This document shows positions 28,278-35,821 of a stretch of 38,471 nt of DNA, one piece after another. Location of the stretch: the UHGV virus genome UHGV-0091782; one strand, given 5' to 3'. A program made the translations under genes and the position numbers. The notes under the pieces were generated by a model. That model was given only the letters and a program-made list of their open reading frames with translations, did no database searches and was not told where the DNA came from. The stretch is from a virus. How positions within the stretch are numbered: position 1 is the stretch's first letter; each line of letters opens with the position of its first letter.

Positions 28278-29273
28278 TCAGGCCAGCACGCCAGTTGCCA
28301 GCGCACGATCGATAAAACGAAATATCAGCTCCAGTTGGGAGCCATACTTCTCTTCAAATGCCACGGTATCTGCATGCAGCTCGTCGTGATGCTTTCTGCA
28401 CAAAGGCAACACAAAGAGGTCATGCGCTTTTGTCCCCATTCCTCCCTGACCGTGACCTATCAGGTGGTGAGGATCATCAGCAGACTTTCCACAACATGCA
28501 CACGGCTGCGTCTTAACCCAGCGCGTGTACTTTTCGTTAACCCAGCGGCGACGTTTGGGGCGTAACATAAAAGACTCCGGCGACTCCGGATCCACTTTCA
28601 GCGCCAGCACCTTTTTCGCTTTATCCTGGATGATGCTGGTGGCAGGAACCGAAGGAACAAGGTCACTTTCCCGGGTGACAGACGGCACAACAGGCTTCGG
28701 TAATCTCAGTGCCTTACGGGCTGCACTTTCCGGTAAGGCATCCGCCAGGTCATTACGAACCAGCCACCAGCATAGTTCCGGCATTGTCACAACGTGACTA
28801 TCATCAAAACCGAGATCCCGACGCACAACAGACAACATCCAGCGGGCACAGTTATCCGTTGCCATTGATTCCAGCCGTTCCGTGAACTGATCGCGCAGCT
28901 GGTTATCGCAGTGCCAGCACAGACGGATTGCGCCCGGCGCGTGTCGCATTGTGGTCATGTTCTCGCTGTGCCAGTCGGAATGAGGCCACTGGCAGCCTTT
29001 TTCACGAAGTAACCAGCTTTCAAGACATTCCACTCCACCAGCACGACGGATCACTGCCTCATTGCGGAACACGGCCCGAACGGCAGGATCATCCGCCAGC
29101 GGTTGTGATGCTGCCGGAACGGCACCACTGGCGAAAGATGAATAACGTTCCGGCTCAGACTCCAGCAGGACACGCCCCTGCATAAACAGGGGCATCAGCT
29201 CTGAACCTGGTCTGAACAATACGATCCCCATACGCGGGGCAATTTCAGGGGTCAGTAGTGCTCTCACGGTCAC
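28278..29273 (-). CDS. Lambdoid nin-region protein (DUF968/YdfU-like) with C-terminal HNH-like Cys/His motif
   Basis: ...KTQPCACCGKSADDPHHLIGHGQGGMGTKAHDLFVLPLCRKHHDELH at the C-terminus; position between the replication and Q genes. Confidence 0.5.
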   Translation of the reverse strand: MTVRALLTPEIAPRMGIVLFRPGSELMPLFMQGRVLLESEPERYSSFASGAVPAASQPLADDPAVRAVFRNEAVIRRAGGVECLESWLLREKGCQWPHSDWHSENMTTMRHAPGAIRLCWHCDNQLRDQFTERLESMATDNCARWMLSVVRRDLGFDDSHVVTMPELCWWLVRNDLADALPESAARKALRLPKPVVPSVTRESDLVPSVPATSIIQDKAKKVLALKVDPESPESFMLRPKRRRWVNEKYTRWVKTQPCACCGKSADDPHHLIGHGQGGMGTKAHDLFVLPLCRKHHDELHADTVAFEEKYGSQLELIFRFIDRALATGVLA

Positions 29274-29274
29274 C

Positions 29275-30084
29275 TCAATGAACGGTATCGAGCAGCTTTA
29301 ACAGCTCAGGGAATCGGGATTCGAAGAAATGCGGCTGCGTCTCGCGCGGATTTGCGGGACTGGTGATGTTCTTGCCGAACATGCAGCCTTTCGCTGTCAG
29401 CGACCAGAATTTTTTGATGTTGTTAATCGCGGTACGGCTGTATCGTTCGCGTTGTTCAACGATCCCCAGCTTCACCATCTGGTGATATGCCTGATTAGCC
29501 GTCAGGCGGATACCATACTGCTTCAGCAGTGCACTCAGCGACAGCGTGGGGCGACTTGAGCCATCGTGTGCATCAGCAGGAGCATCAATGGCATAGCGCG
29601 GAGCCAGATTCGGTAAGCCAACAGCCTCCTGGAGTTTCTGACAGGCCCCAAGCACAGATGAGTTAGACAGGTTTAACTCCCGACGCATAAAGTCCAGCAG
29701 AATCACTCCAGCCTGCATCTTGTCAGCAGCCTGTCCGGATAATTTTTCCGGTGCGCTGGTTACCATGTCGAAAGTACGGATCACCTTCAGATGGAATGAC
29801 GGGCTGATCCACATTGCATAGGCATACACCAGTTCCTTACAGACATACGTTCCCCGTTCATTTCCCCCATGAATCACACTCACCGGGTCAACACCCAAAT
29901 TCTGGGTGTTGGTCAATTCATGAACAAGCTCAACAGTTTGTTGGCTGGAAAGAAACTTTCCTGGCTCCTTGGTTCTGGCATTTGCACCAGATGCTACTGC
30001 TGCGCGATGCAGATCGTTCAGGCTGTAACGACCATAAGCATCACGACGAACTTCAATACCATCAATGACCATCAGATTATTCAT
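29275..30084 (-). CDS. KilA-N domain protein
   Basis: N-terminal MVIDGIEVRRDAYGRYSLNDLHRAA...VIHGGNERGTYVCKELVYAYAMWISPSFHLKVIRTFD fits the KilA-N DNA-binding domain. Confidence 0.6.
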   Translation of the reverse strand: MNNLMVIDGIEVRRDAYGRYSLNDLHRAAVASGANARTKEPGKFLSSQQTVELVHELTNTQNLGVDPVSVIHGGNERGTYVCKELVYAYAMWISPSFHLKVIRTFDMVTSAPEKLSGQAADKMQAGVILLDFMRRELNLSNSSVLGACQKLQEAVGLPNLAPRYAIDAPADAHDGSSRPTLSLSALLKQYGIRLTANQAYHQMVKLGIVEQRERYSRTAINNIKKFWSLTAKGCMFGKNITSPANPRETQPHFFESRFPELLKLLDTVH

Positions 30085-30103
30085 ACTTCGTTTCTCCTCT
30101 TAA

Positions 30104-30493
30104 TCAGGCGGCTGCACCCGCCGTTTTCTCGTACTTACTGATAGTGATCTCGACCTTCCCTTCCGGGATAACCGGCCCCCACTCCACCAGCATTCTTTTC
30201 ACCTGGCTGTCGTCTTCCCACACACCCGCGTGGGTCAGGGCGTCAAACAGCGCCTTGTTATAGTTATCCAGATCGCGGATCCGGTTATCCGGTGGAAACA
30301 ACACGATCTCCACTGAAGCAGGTGCCGACGTTGGTTTCGGCAGACGACGTAACTGCTCAATGATGGCGGCACACGCCGCGCCCTGGAATTTGCGCCCCGC
30401 CGCGCTTATCAGGCTCTTACCTGCAAACGCCCCTTTGTTGGGGTGTCGCCAGTACGTGTTCACGCTGGGCGGAAAAGGCAGAATCAGCTTCAT
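30104..30493 (-). CDS. rusA: RusA-family Holliday junction resolvase
   Basis: MKLILPFPPSVNTYWRH...RDLDNYNKALFDALTHAGVWEDDSQV matches the RusA pattern. Confidence 0.8.
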   Translation of the reverse strand: MKLILPFPPSVNTYWRHPNKGAFAGKSLISAAGRKFQGAACAAIIEQLRRLPKPTSAPASVEIVLFPPDNRIRDLDNYNKALFDALTHAGVWEDDSQVKRMLVEWGPVIPEGKVEITISKYEKTAGAAA

Positions 30494-30816
30494 ACTTTCA
30501 GGCCCCTCTCATGTAACCAGTAGGCTGCACGCAGCCTAGCGTTTTCCTCACCGGCAAGCAGTGCGCGGATAATCCCGACCGCCTCGCTGTCGTCGTCCTT
30601 CACCGCGGTATGAAGCGTGATCCCCCGGGCCACGCCACGCTTTATCGTGATGACGCCTTTTTTCTCCAGTGCGCGAAGATGCTCCACCGCTGCATTCACT
30701 GAACGGTATCCCAGCATGGTTGCCACCTCCTGATTGGTTGGCGGGAAGCCACGTTCTTTCTGATAAGAAATCAGCATATCCAGCACCTGCTGCTGGCATT
30801 GAGTTAACGTCGTCAT
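30490..30816 (-). CDS. LexA N-terminal DNA-binding-domain protein lacking the S24 peptidase domain
   Basis: MTTLTQCQQQVLDMLISYQKERGFPPTNQEVATMLGYRSVNAAVEHLRALEKKGVITIKRGVARGITL parallels the LexA winged-helix domain; the C-terminal 40 aa are unrelated to the LexA protease. Confidence 0.55.
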   Translation of the reverse strand: MTTLTQCQQQVLDMLISYQKERGFPPTNQEVATMLGYRSVNAAVEHLRALEKKGVITIKRGVARGITLHTAVKDDDSEAVGIIRALLAGEENARLRAAYWLHERGLKV

Positions 30817-31304
30817 TAAGCCCCCACGTAATTCCCTGACAGATACCACTCTTCACCCGATGCAGCGCGCTTGCTGCTTTTCCGTAAACACCGCTCACGA
30901 CGCGCAAGAAAATTGTTTCGCTCTTGCTGGGAGTGGCTTTCACGGAATGCCGCCATCCACACCGTTGCAGCACGACGAAATAAGCCCCTGGACTCCAGTT
31001 CTTCCGCCTGGCGGGTCAGGCACAAAATCACCCGTGGGTCGTTAGTGCCGACATAGAAATTGCTCACAGGTCTGGATTCACGAACTGGTTGCGGTTCCGG
31101 CTCCTGCGGTATCTCAGTCAGGCGAGGGAAATGTCTGCGTGTATCCCCTTCACAACGGTGAGCCACACGCCCACTCTGACGTAACTTGCTTGCTGACTGC
31201 AGAACGCGCTGTCGTGAGTAACCTGCAAAAGCATCCGCAATGTCTCCGGAAGTACACCCCGGATGGGCTTCAATGAATTTCTGAACGTCATTCAAAAGAC
31301 TCAT
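30816..31304 (-). CDS. Putative regulator with PerC-like C-terminal motif
   Basis: ...AEELESRGLFRRAATVWMAAF... resembles the PerC-family signature as I recall it; start at ATG 31304. Confidence 0.4.
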   Translation of the reverse strand: MSLLNDVQKFIEAHPGCTSGDIADAFAGYSRQRVLQSASKLRQSGRVAHRCEGDTRRHFPRLTEIPQEPEPQPVRESRPVSNFYVGTNDPRVILCLTRQAEELESRGLFRRAATVWMAAFRESHSQQERNNFLARRERCLRKSSKRAASGEEWYLSGNYVGA

Positions 31305-31306
31305 GA

Positions 31307-32233
31307 TCACCCCCTGAATCCTGCCGGGATCTGGCTGTAGTCCACGTTGTCGTAACTGGCTTTAAAGTACGGGTCTTCGCGTTTTTCTGTGTACGTGCTG
31401 ACGGACGGTGATAAGCGCAGGGAAAGTTCATCCCATTTTTCCCGCAATTTCGATGGGCTGAGGACGTTACGGCACCAGAACGGGTCACGACTGACGCGGC
31501 TGTACATCTCGCAGATTTGTTTGTGAGTGCGACCATCCTGAACACACATCAGGCGAATTTCGTTTGCCCAGGCTGTCCAGTTTGGTTCTTTGGGACGAAC
31601 CACCTCGCCGTCACATTCGGCGGCCTGCTCGTACAGGGCTATGATTTTTTTCCAGAGCCACTGTGCGCAGGTCAAATCATCCTGCGTTCCCCACTGGCGC
31701 TTTTTAGGGCTGAATACAACCGCATCAGGATGGCGAGTTAAAAAATCCTGTTCAGCCTTCTGCGTGTCCGGTTGCGAAGCGTCCGGACGAGAAGGTTTTT
31801 TATCTGACGGATCATGTTTTGATTTTACTGACGGATCCCCGCCAGATTCTGACGGGTGAAAACCCGCTTTTTTGCCAGATTTCGACGCATCAAATTTTGA
31901 CGGGTCAGATTTTGACGGGTCAGAATCTGACAGTTGAGAAAGTGCCGCAGCCTGAAGCTTTGCAACGTTAAGCTGATAGACGTTCGACGCATTGCGGTTA
32001 CCCTGTCGACGCGCCTTACGCGTTAACCAGCCTTCTGCTTCCAGCCGTGCGATAGCCGTTCTTACAGTACTCACCCCTGCGCCAATCTGGCGGGCAATGG
32101 TTTCAATTGATGGCCAGCACACACCTTCGTCATTACTGAAATCAGCCAGGCGGGCCATAATTGCCACACTGGATAATTTCATGCCTGACGCTGCGCAACC
32201 ATCCCATACATAGCCGGTTAATTTAGTGCTCAT
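31307..32233 (-). CDS. Putative replication initiation protein (N-terminal winged-helix/HTH domain, internal iteron-encoded repeat linker)
   Basis: Position downstream of the cro/cII-like genes; HTH-like N-terminus; repeated DPSKSDPSKFDASK... segment encoded by the TGACGG iterons. Confidence 0.55.
   Translation of the reverse strand: MSTKLTGYVWDGCAASGMKLSSVAIMARLADFSNDEGVCWPSIETIARQIGAGVSTVRTAIARLEAEGWLTRKARRQGNRNASNVYQLNVAKLQAAALSQLSDSDPSKSDPSKFDASKSGKKAGFHPSESGGDPSVKSKHDPSDKKPSRPDASQPDTQKAEQDFLTRHPDAVVFSPKKRQWGTQDDLTCAQWLWKKIIALYEQAAECDGEVVRPKEPNWTAWANEIRLMCVQDGRTHKQICEMYSRVSRDPFWCRNVLSPSKLREKWDELSLRLSPSVSTYTEKREDPYFKASYDNVDYSQIPAGFRG
31801..31933. repeat. Iteron array (5 perfect and 2 variant copies of an ATYTGACGGRTC-type motif) inside the replication gene; candidate origin
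   Basis: tgacgg at 31805, 31829, 31850, 31898 and 31913; variants ttcgacgc at about 31880 and tctgacag at about 31925. Confidence 0.5.
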
Positions 32234-32581
32234 GACCGACCTCTATTTCCCTGAATTTACGACGAAACTGTTCGAGCGGGCTGAAGCACTCATGCTCATA
32301 GCCTTCGCGGAGGTAGATAACACGTTGTGTTTCCGGCTCCCAACGAATGACTCTGACGGGCACTCCGTAGTGATCTTTGAACCAGCGGTTAACTTGTCGC
32401 AAAGGACTGTCTCCTTCTGCCGGTTGAAATCACCCACAGCCCACTCTGCAAAGCTGTGGGTTACAATTTCCCTGTCACCTGGTACATTTACTGCATAGCA
32501 ATACTCCACCTTCGCTTTTCCACCCGGTACAGGAAGCGCAATCAGTTGCGAGCGACGGTAGTGTGTTGTTAAACTGTTCAT
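32222..32581 (-). pseudogene. Early gene with frame break: N-terminal about 60 aa in one frame, conserved-looking C-terminal about 56 aa in another frame
   Basis: The track ORF 32243..32581 ends in Ser-rich junk, while a second frame reads ...[54 protein letters not shown] with no ATG of its own; frame switch near 32395-32432. Confidence 0.4.
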
Positions 32582-33141
32582 GCGTTAGTTTCTCCACAGT
32601 CACGACACGCCACGGCGCCCGGAGCTGCACACTCGCGGGCGTCACTACTTTCTGAAACGCAAAAGATTTTGTAGACCAGTGCTGCATGCTCCTGCAGCTT
32701 CGAAATTGAGAGGTACAGCTCATCGTTAATTGCTGTCTTCTCATGCGGTTCCACTACACCGTCTTCAATTGCTGAACGAATCTGTTTTGAATAACTGCCG
32801 ATCTGTTCAATGACTTCCAGCAGGCGTTGGTTGATATCGGCGTTGTCCACATCCTCGACGTCAGGAAGAGACACAAAGACGCCATTTGCAGACTGCGCCA
32901 CAGCATCAGCAATGAAGTGAGTGCCACCAGCACGCTGTAAAACCATTGCCCATCCCAGCGGGAAAATCTGATCGCCATCTGCACGAAGGCGGTTGAATAA
33001 AGCGTTTTCTGTTACATCGAGCCAGTCAGCCGCTTCAGCGTAACCACCCGGCAACGCCGCGATAGTTTTTCTGACAGCTTTCACGTACCACTCAGGCTGT
33101 TTTTCTATTTTCCAGTGATGCTTACCCACGGTTAGCCTCAT
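32578..33141 (-). CDS. Hypothetical regulatory protein at the cII position (possibly YdaT-like)
   Basis: Synteny only: immediately after the Cro/YdaS-like gene, ATGA-coupled to the next gene. Confidence 0.35.
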   Translation of the reverse strand: MRLTVGKHHWKIEKQPEWYVKAVRKTIAALPGGYAEAADWLDVTENALFNRLRADGDQIFPLGWAMVLQRAGGTHFIADAVAQSANGVFVSLPDVEDVDNADINQRLLEVIEQIGSYSKQIRSAIEDGVVEPHEKTAINDELYLSISKLQEHAALVYKIFCVSESSDARECAAPGAVACRDCGETNA

Positions 33142-33172
33142 CGTTCTGTGGTTAAAAATTGAAAGTGTTCTG

Positions 33173-33373
33173 CTAATCTTTCGGATAGATATCCGGTCTT
33201 AAGTCAGATTTCGTAATTGCACCTGACGTGCATTGCTCAAGTTTTTTAGCCAGCACAAAACTGGCTTTTTTATAGCCATTGAAAACCAGCCGTAAGTAGC
33301 CAGGTGTTGAGCCAACTTTTCCGGCCAACTCGCCCTGCTGTTCTTTGGTTAAAGAGTCCCAATACGCTTTCAT
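33173..33373 (-). CDS. Cro-like repressor (YdaS-family HTH), 66 aa
   Basis: MKAYWDSLTKEQQGELAGKVGSTPGYLRLVFNGYKKASFVLAKKLEQCTSGAITKSDLRPDIYPKD; divergent from cI; GGAGG upstream of ATG 33373. Confidence 0.7.
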   Translation of the reverse strand: MKAYWDSLTKEQQGELAGKVGSTPGYLRLVFNGYKKASFVLAKKLEQCTSGAITKSDLRPDIYPKD

Positions 33374-33376
33374 ACA

Positions 33377-33399
33377 ATATGTACCTCCAGTGTACATAT
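33377..33399. promoter_or_regulatory. Operator palindrome ATATGTAC-N7-GTACATAT overlapping the probable PR -10 / start region
   Basis: Perfect 8-bp arms read in sequence in the cI-cro intergenic region. Confidence 0.55.
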
Positions 33400-33427
33400 T
33401 ACATGATTGAAATGAACCTTCAAGATA

Positions 33428-33448
33428 CTTGTACCTTAACGGTACAAG
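33428..33448. promoter_or_regulatory. Operator palindrome CTTGTACC-TTAAC-GGTACAAG near the probable PRM -35 / upstream of PR
   Basis: Perfect 8-bp arms sharing the TGTAC half-site with the first operator. Confidence 0.55.
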
Positions 33449-33463
33449 GGTTTTAATTTCGTT

Positions 33464-34138
33464 ATGAAAACAATCCATGACATCCGGCGGTCTAACGCCA
33501 GAAAACTGAGAGATGGTGTTGGCGGGAATTCTTCCTTTGCCACTATGATTGATCGCGAGCCAACCCAGACCAGCAGGTTTATGGGAGATGGTGCTACTAA
33601 AAATATCGGTGACAGCATGGCACGACACATCGAAAAATGTTTCGACCTGCCTGTCGGATGGCTCGATCAAGAACACCAGACAACGAACATCACAAAAAAA
33701 CCTGATGTTTCAATCACTAATAAACAAATCACATTAGTCCCTGTCATATCATGGGTACAGGCCGGAGCATGGAAAGAAGTTGGATATTCTGAGGTTGATT
33801 TGAGCACAGCAGAAACGTATCCCTGCCCTGTACCCTGTGGGGAAATGACTTATATCTTGCGGGTGATAGGTGATTCAATGATTGATGAGTACCGCCCGGG
33901 AGACATGATTTTTGTCGATCCTGAAGTACCTGCCTGCCACGGTGACGACGTTATTGCATTGATGCACGATACAGGCGAAACCACCTTCAAAAGGTTGATA
34001 GAAGATGGGACACAGCGTTATCTCAAAGCGTTAAACCCAAACTGGCCTGAGCCTTACATTAAGATCAACGGTAATTGCTCTATAATTGGTACAGTGATTT
34101 TCTCAGGAAAACCAAGAAGATACAAAATCAAAGCCTAA
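33464..34138 (+). CDS. cI: CI-type prophage repressor (N-terminal DNA-binding domain plus C-terminal S24 LexA-like autopeptidase domain)
   Basis: C-terminal ...VIGDSMIDEYRPGDMIFVDPE...TFKRL... contains the Ser and Lys catalytic dyad context; divergent from the cro-like gene; apparently leaderless-type start. Confidence 0.85.
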   Translation: MKTIHDIRRSNARKLRDGVGGNSSFATMIDREPTQTSRFMGDGATKNIGDSMARHIEKCFDLPVGWLDQEHQTTNITKKPDVSITNKQITLVPVISWVQAGAWKEVGYSEVDLSTAETYPCPVPCGEMTYILRVIGDSMIDEYRPGDMIFVDPEVPACHGDDVIALMHDTGETTFKRLIEDGTQRYLKALNPNWPEPYIKINGNCSIIGTVIFSGKPRRYKIKA

Positions 34139-34150
34139 TCAATGTTTATG

Positions 34151-34173
34151 AACCTGCTTCGGCAGGTTTTTTT
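34151..34173 (+). terminator. Rho-independent terminator after cI (stem aacctgc/gcaggtt, loop ttcg, 7 T)
   Basis: aacctgcttcggcaggttttttt, 13 nt after the cI stop. Confidence 0.7.
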
Positions 34174-34177
34174 ATAC

Positions 34178-34210
34178 TTGACAATGTACCTTTAAGATAC
34201 ATAATGTACC
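34178..34210 (+). promoter_or_regulatory. Probable PL promoter (-35 TTGACA 34178-34183; -10 CATAAT 34200-34205) overlapped by two ATGTACC operator half-sites
   Basis: Consensus -35, 16-nt spacer, 5 of 6 match at -10; ATGTACC at 34184-34190 and 34204-34210. Confidence 0.55.
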
Positions 34211-34331
34211 CAAGCGAAACAACGAACAGGCAGGACGCCCACGAAGTAGCCGCCTGGGGCATATGAAGTCCAGGATGATTCGTTGAGTCATGTTGTGCCA
34301 CTAGGCACTCATGTTAAAGCAGGTGTATGAA

Positions 34332-34607
34332 ATGAAAGTCCAGATTTTAAACAATAACTGTGAAGTCGTTTGGTCATACGACATAGCCGCCCCTGTAGAT
34401 CAGAGCGGCGATAGCTGGACCAATGGGAAACATCAGATTATGGCTGGAGTTGTGTTCTCTTTACGCCGTGCTTTGGAACAGGCTGAAGTATTTCCATCAG
34501 ACCCTGAATGGAAATGGCCTTTTTCTATTTGTCCAAATTCGGAGAGCACATTTCAGAAAATTGGTCAGAAAGTCGCACTCGAAGAGCATCAGCCAACTGT
34601 TTCCTGA
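34332..34607 (+). CDS. Hypothetical first gene of the early-left operon (91 aa, start at the second Met with AGGTG upstream)
   Basis: ORF 34311..34607; not Arg-rich, so not an obvious N homologue. Confidence 0.35.
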   Translation: MKVQILNNNCEVVWSYDIAAPVDQSGDSWTNGKHQIMAGVVFSLRRALEQAEVFPSDPEWKWPFSICPNSESTFQKIGQKVALEEHQPTVS

Positions 34608-34770
34608 TTTTTTCAGGTAACTCGTCGGCATCGCAGAAACAACAACGCTCGATCATGTTGAAAGCCGATTCGTAGAACTGTTTCTGCTGAGTGTCGCTGA
34701 GACAGGAAAAGAGCGACGTTACGATGATTTTATTAATTGCATTATCAAGTTCTTTTTCATCAAAAGTCAT
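34525..34770 (-). CDS. Hypothetical protein (81 aa) convergent with and overlapping the 34332-34607 ORF by 83 nt
   Basis: ATG 34770 with AAGGA 7-8 nt upstream; protein-like composition. Confidence 0.35.
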   Translation of the reverse strand: MTFDEKELDNAINKIIVTSLFSCLSDTQQKQFYESAFNMIERCCFCDADELPEKIRKQLADALRVRLSDQFSEMCSPNLDK

Positions 34771-35024
34771 TTGATTTTCCTTTTATGTATACGGGCTTAA
34801 AAGGATACCACCGAGCCTGAAGTGGTGAAAAGACAGGCACATAACAGCTAAGTATTTTCAACCAAAGAGAATCCTTAGCGTTGTGGTGAATGCGGCTCAG
34901 CGCACGCGGGTTAAGGTTGAGGCTGACAGTCGACCTTCTGTGGATACCCACCCGTCTGGTGTGCAACCTTCGCCAGGCACCGGGAGGCACCCGGCACCAC
35001 AACTTTATGCTGTGTGTAGTCCTG

Positions 35025-35070
35025 GCGGTACCAGTTTGTACCCTTGCTTCCGGCTGGTACCGTCCTTTTT
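35025..35070 (+). terminator. Strong hairpin (10-bp stem gcggtaccag/ctggtaccgt, 19-nt loop) followed by CCTTTTT; tL-like terminator or structured RNA element
   Basis: Read in sequence; second weaker hairpin plus ATTTATT at 35173-35193. Confidence 0.45.
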
Positions 35071-35284
35071 ACAAAACAGAGAAGAGCATCACCGGACGAC
35101 GGGCTCATAACCCAATCCATCCGGGCGGCTGCCACCGCAGGTGTTCTTCTCTGTTTTGTGGAGAAACTAACCGCCCCTGCGGGGGCATTTATTGAAACGT
35201 AATTAACTCAATAATCGCCGAAATGCGAGGGCTTCCTTTTAGCAAAATTCAGTGCGGTGCAGCGCAAATAACGTAGAGAACAAA

Positions 35285-35821
35285 ATGTCATTTATTAAAA
35301 CTTTTTCCGGGAAGCATTTTTATTATGACAGGATAAATAAAGACGACATCGTTATTAACGATATCGCGGTTTCTCTTTCAAATATCTGTCGCTTTGCAGG
35401 GCATCTTTCACATTTCTACAGCGTTGCCCAACATGCGGTGCTTTGCAGCCAACTGGTACCGCAGGAATTTGCTTTTGAAGCGTTAATGCATGATGCAACA
35501 GAAGCGTATTGCCAGGACATCCCGGCGCCACTGAAACGCCTTCTTCCTGACTATAAACGGATGGAAGAAAAAATAGATGCAGTAATCCGTGAGAAATACG
35601 AGTTGCCCCCGGTTATGAGCACGCCTGTGAAATATGCCGATCTAATCATGCTGGCAACCGAACGCCGTGATCTCGGGCTTGATGATGGCTCTTTATGGCC
35701 TGTACTGGAAGGTATCCCGGCAACAGAGATGTTCAAAGTTATTCCACTGGCACCGGGCCATGCCTACGGGATGTTTATGGAACGCTTCAACGAGTTATCG
35801 GAATTACGCAAATGTGCATAA
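35285..35821 (+). CDS. HD-domain phosphohydrolase (YfbR/YfdR-like 5'-deoxynucleotidase)
   Basis: ...SVAQHAVLCS...ALMHDATEAYCQDIPAPLK... fits the HD motif; start at ATG 35285 with GAGAA upstream. Confidence 0.7.
   Translation: MSFIKTFSGKHFYYDRINKDDIVINDIAVSLSNICRFAGHLSHFYSVAQHAVLCSQLVPQEFAFEALMHDATEAYCQDIPAPLKRLLPDYKRMEEKIDAVIREKYELPPVMSTPVKYADLIMLATERRDLGLDDGSLWPVLEGIPATEMFKVIPLAPGHAYGMFMERFNELSELRKCA

Noticed and set aside
32475-32744. 89-aa minus-strand ORF
   Set aside because: Overlaps the better-supported cII-position gene (32578-33141) in another frame; Cys/Ser/Thr-rich translation is not protein-like.
34311-34607. N-type antiterminator as the first early-left gene
   Set aside because: The product lacks the Arg-rich N-terminal motif of N proteins; left as hypothetical.
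34800-35250. Retron msr/msd non-coding RNA
   Set aside because: Hairpin-rich and non-coding, but no reverse transcriptase gene is present anywhere in the window.
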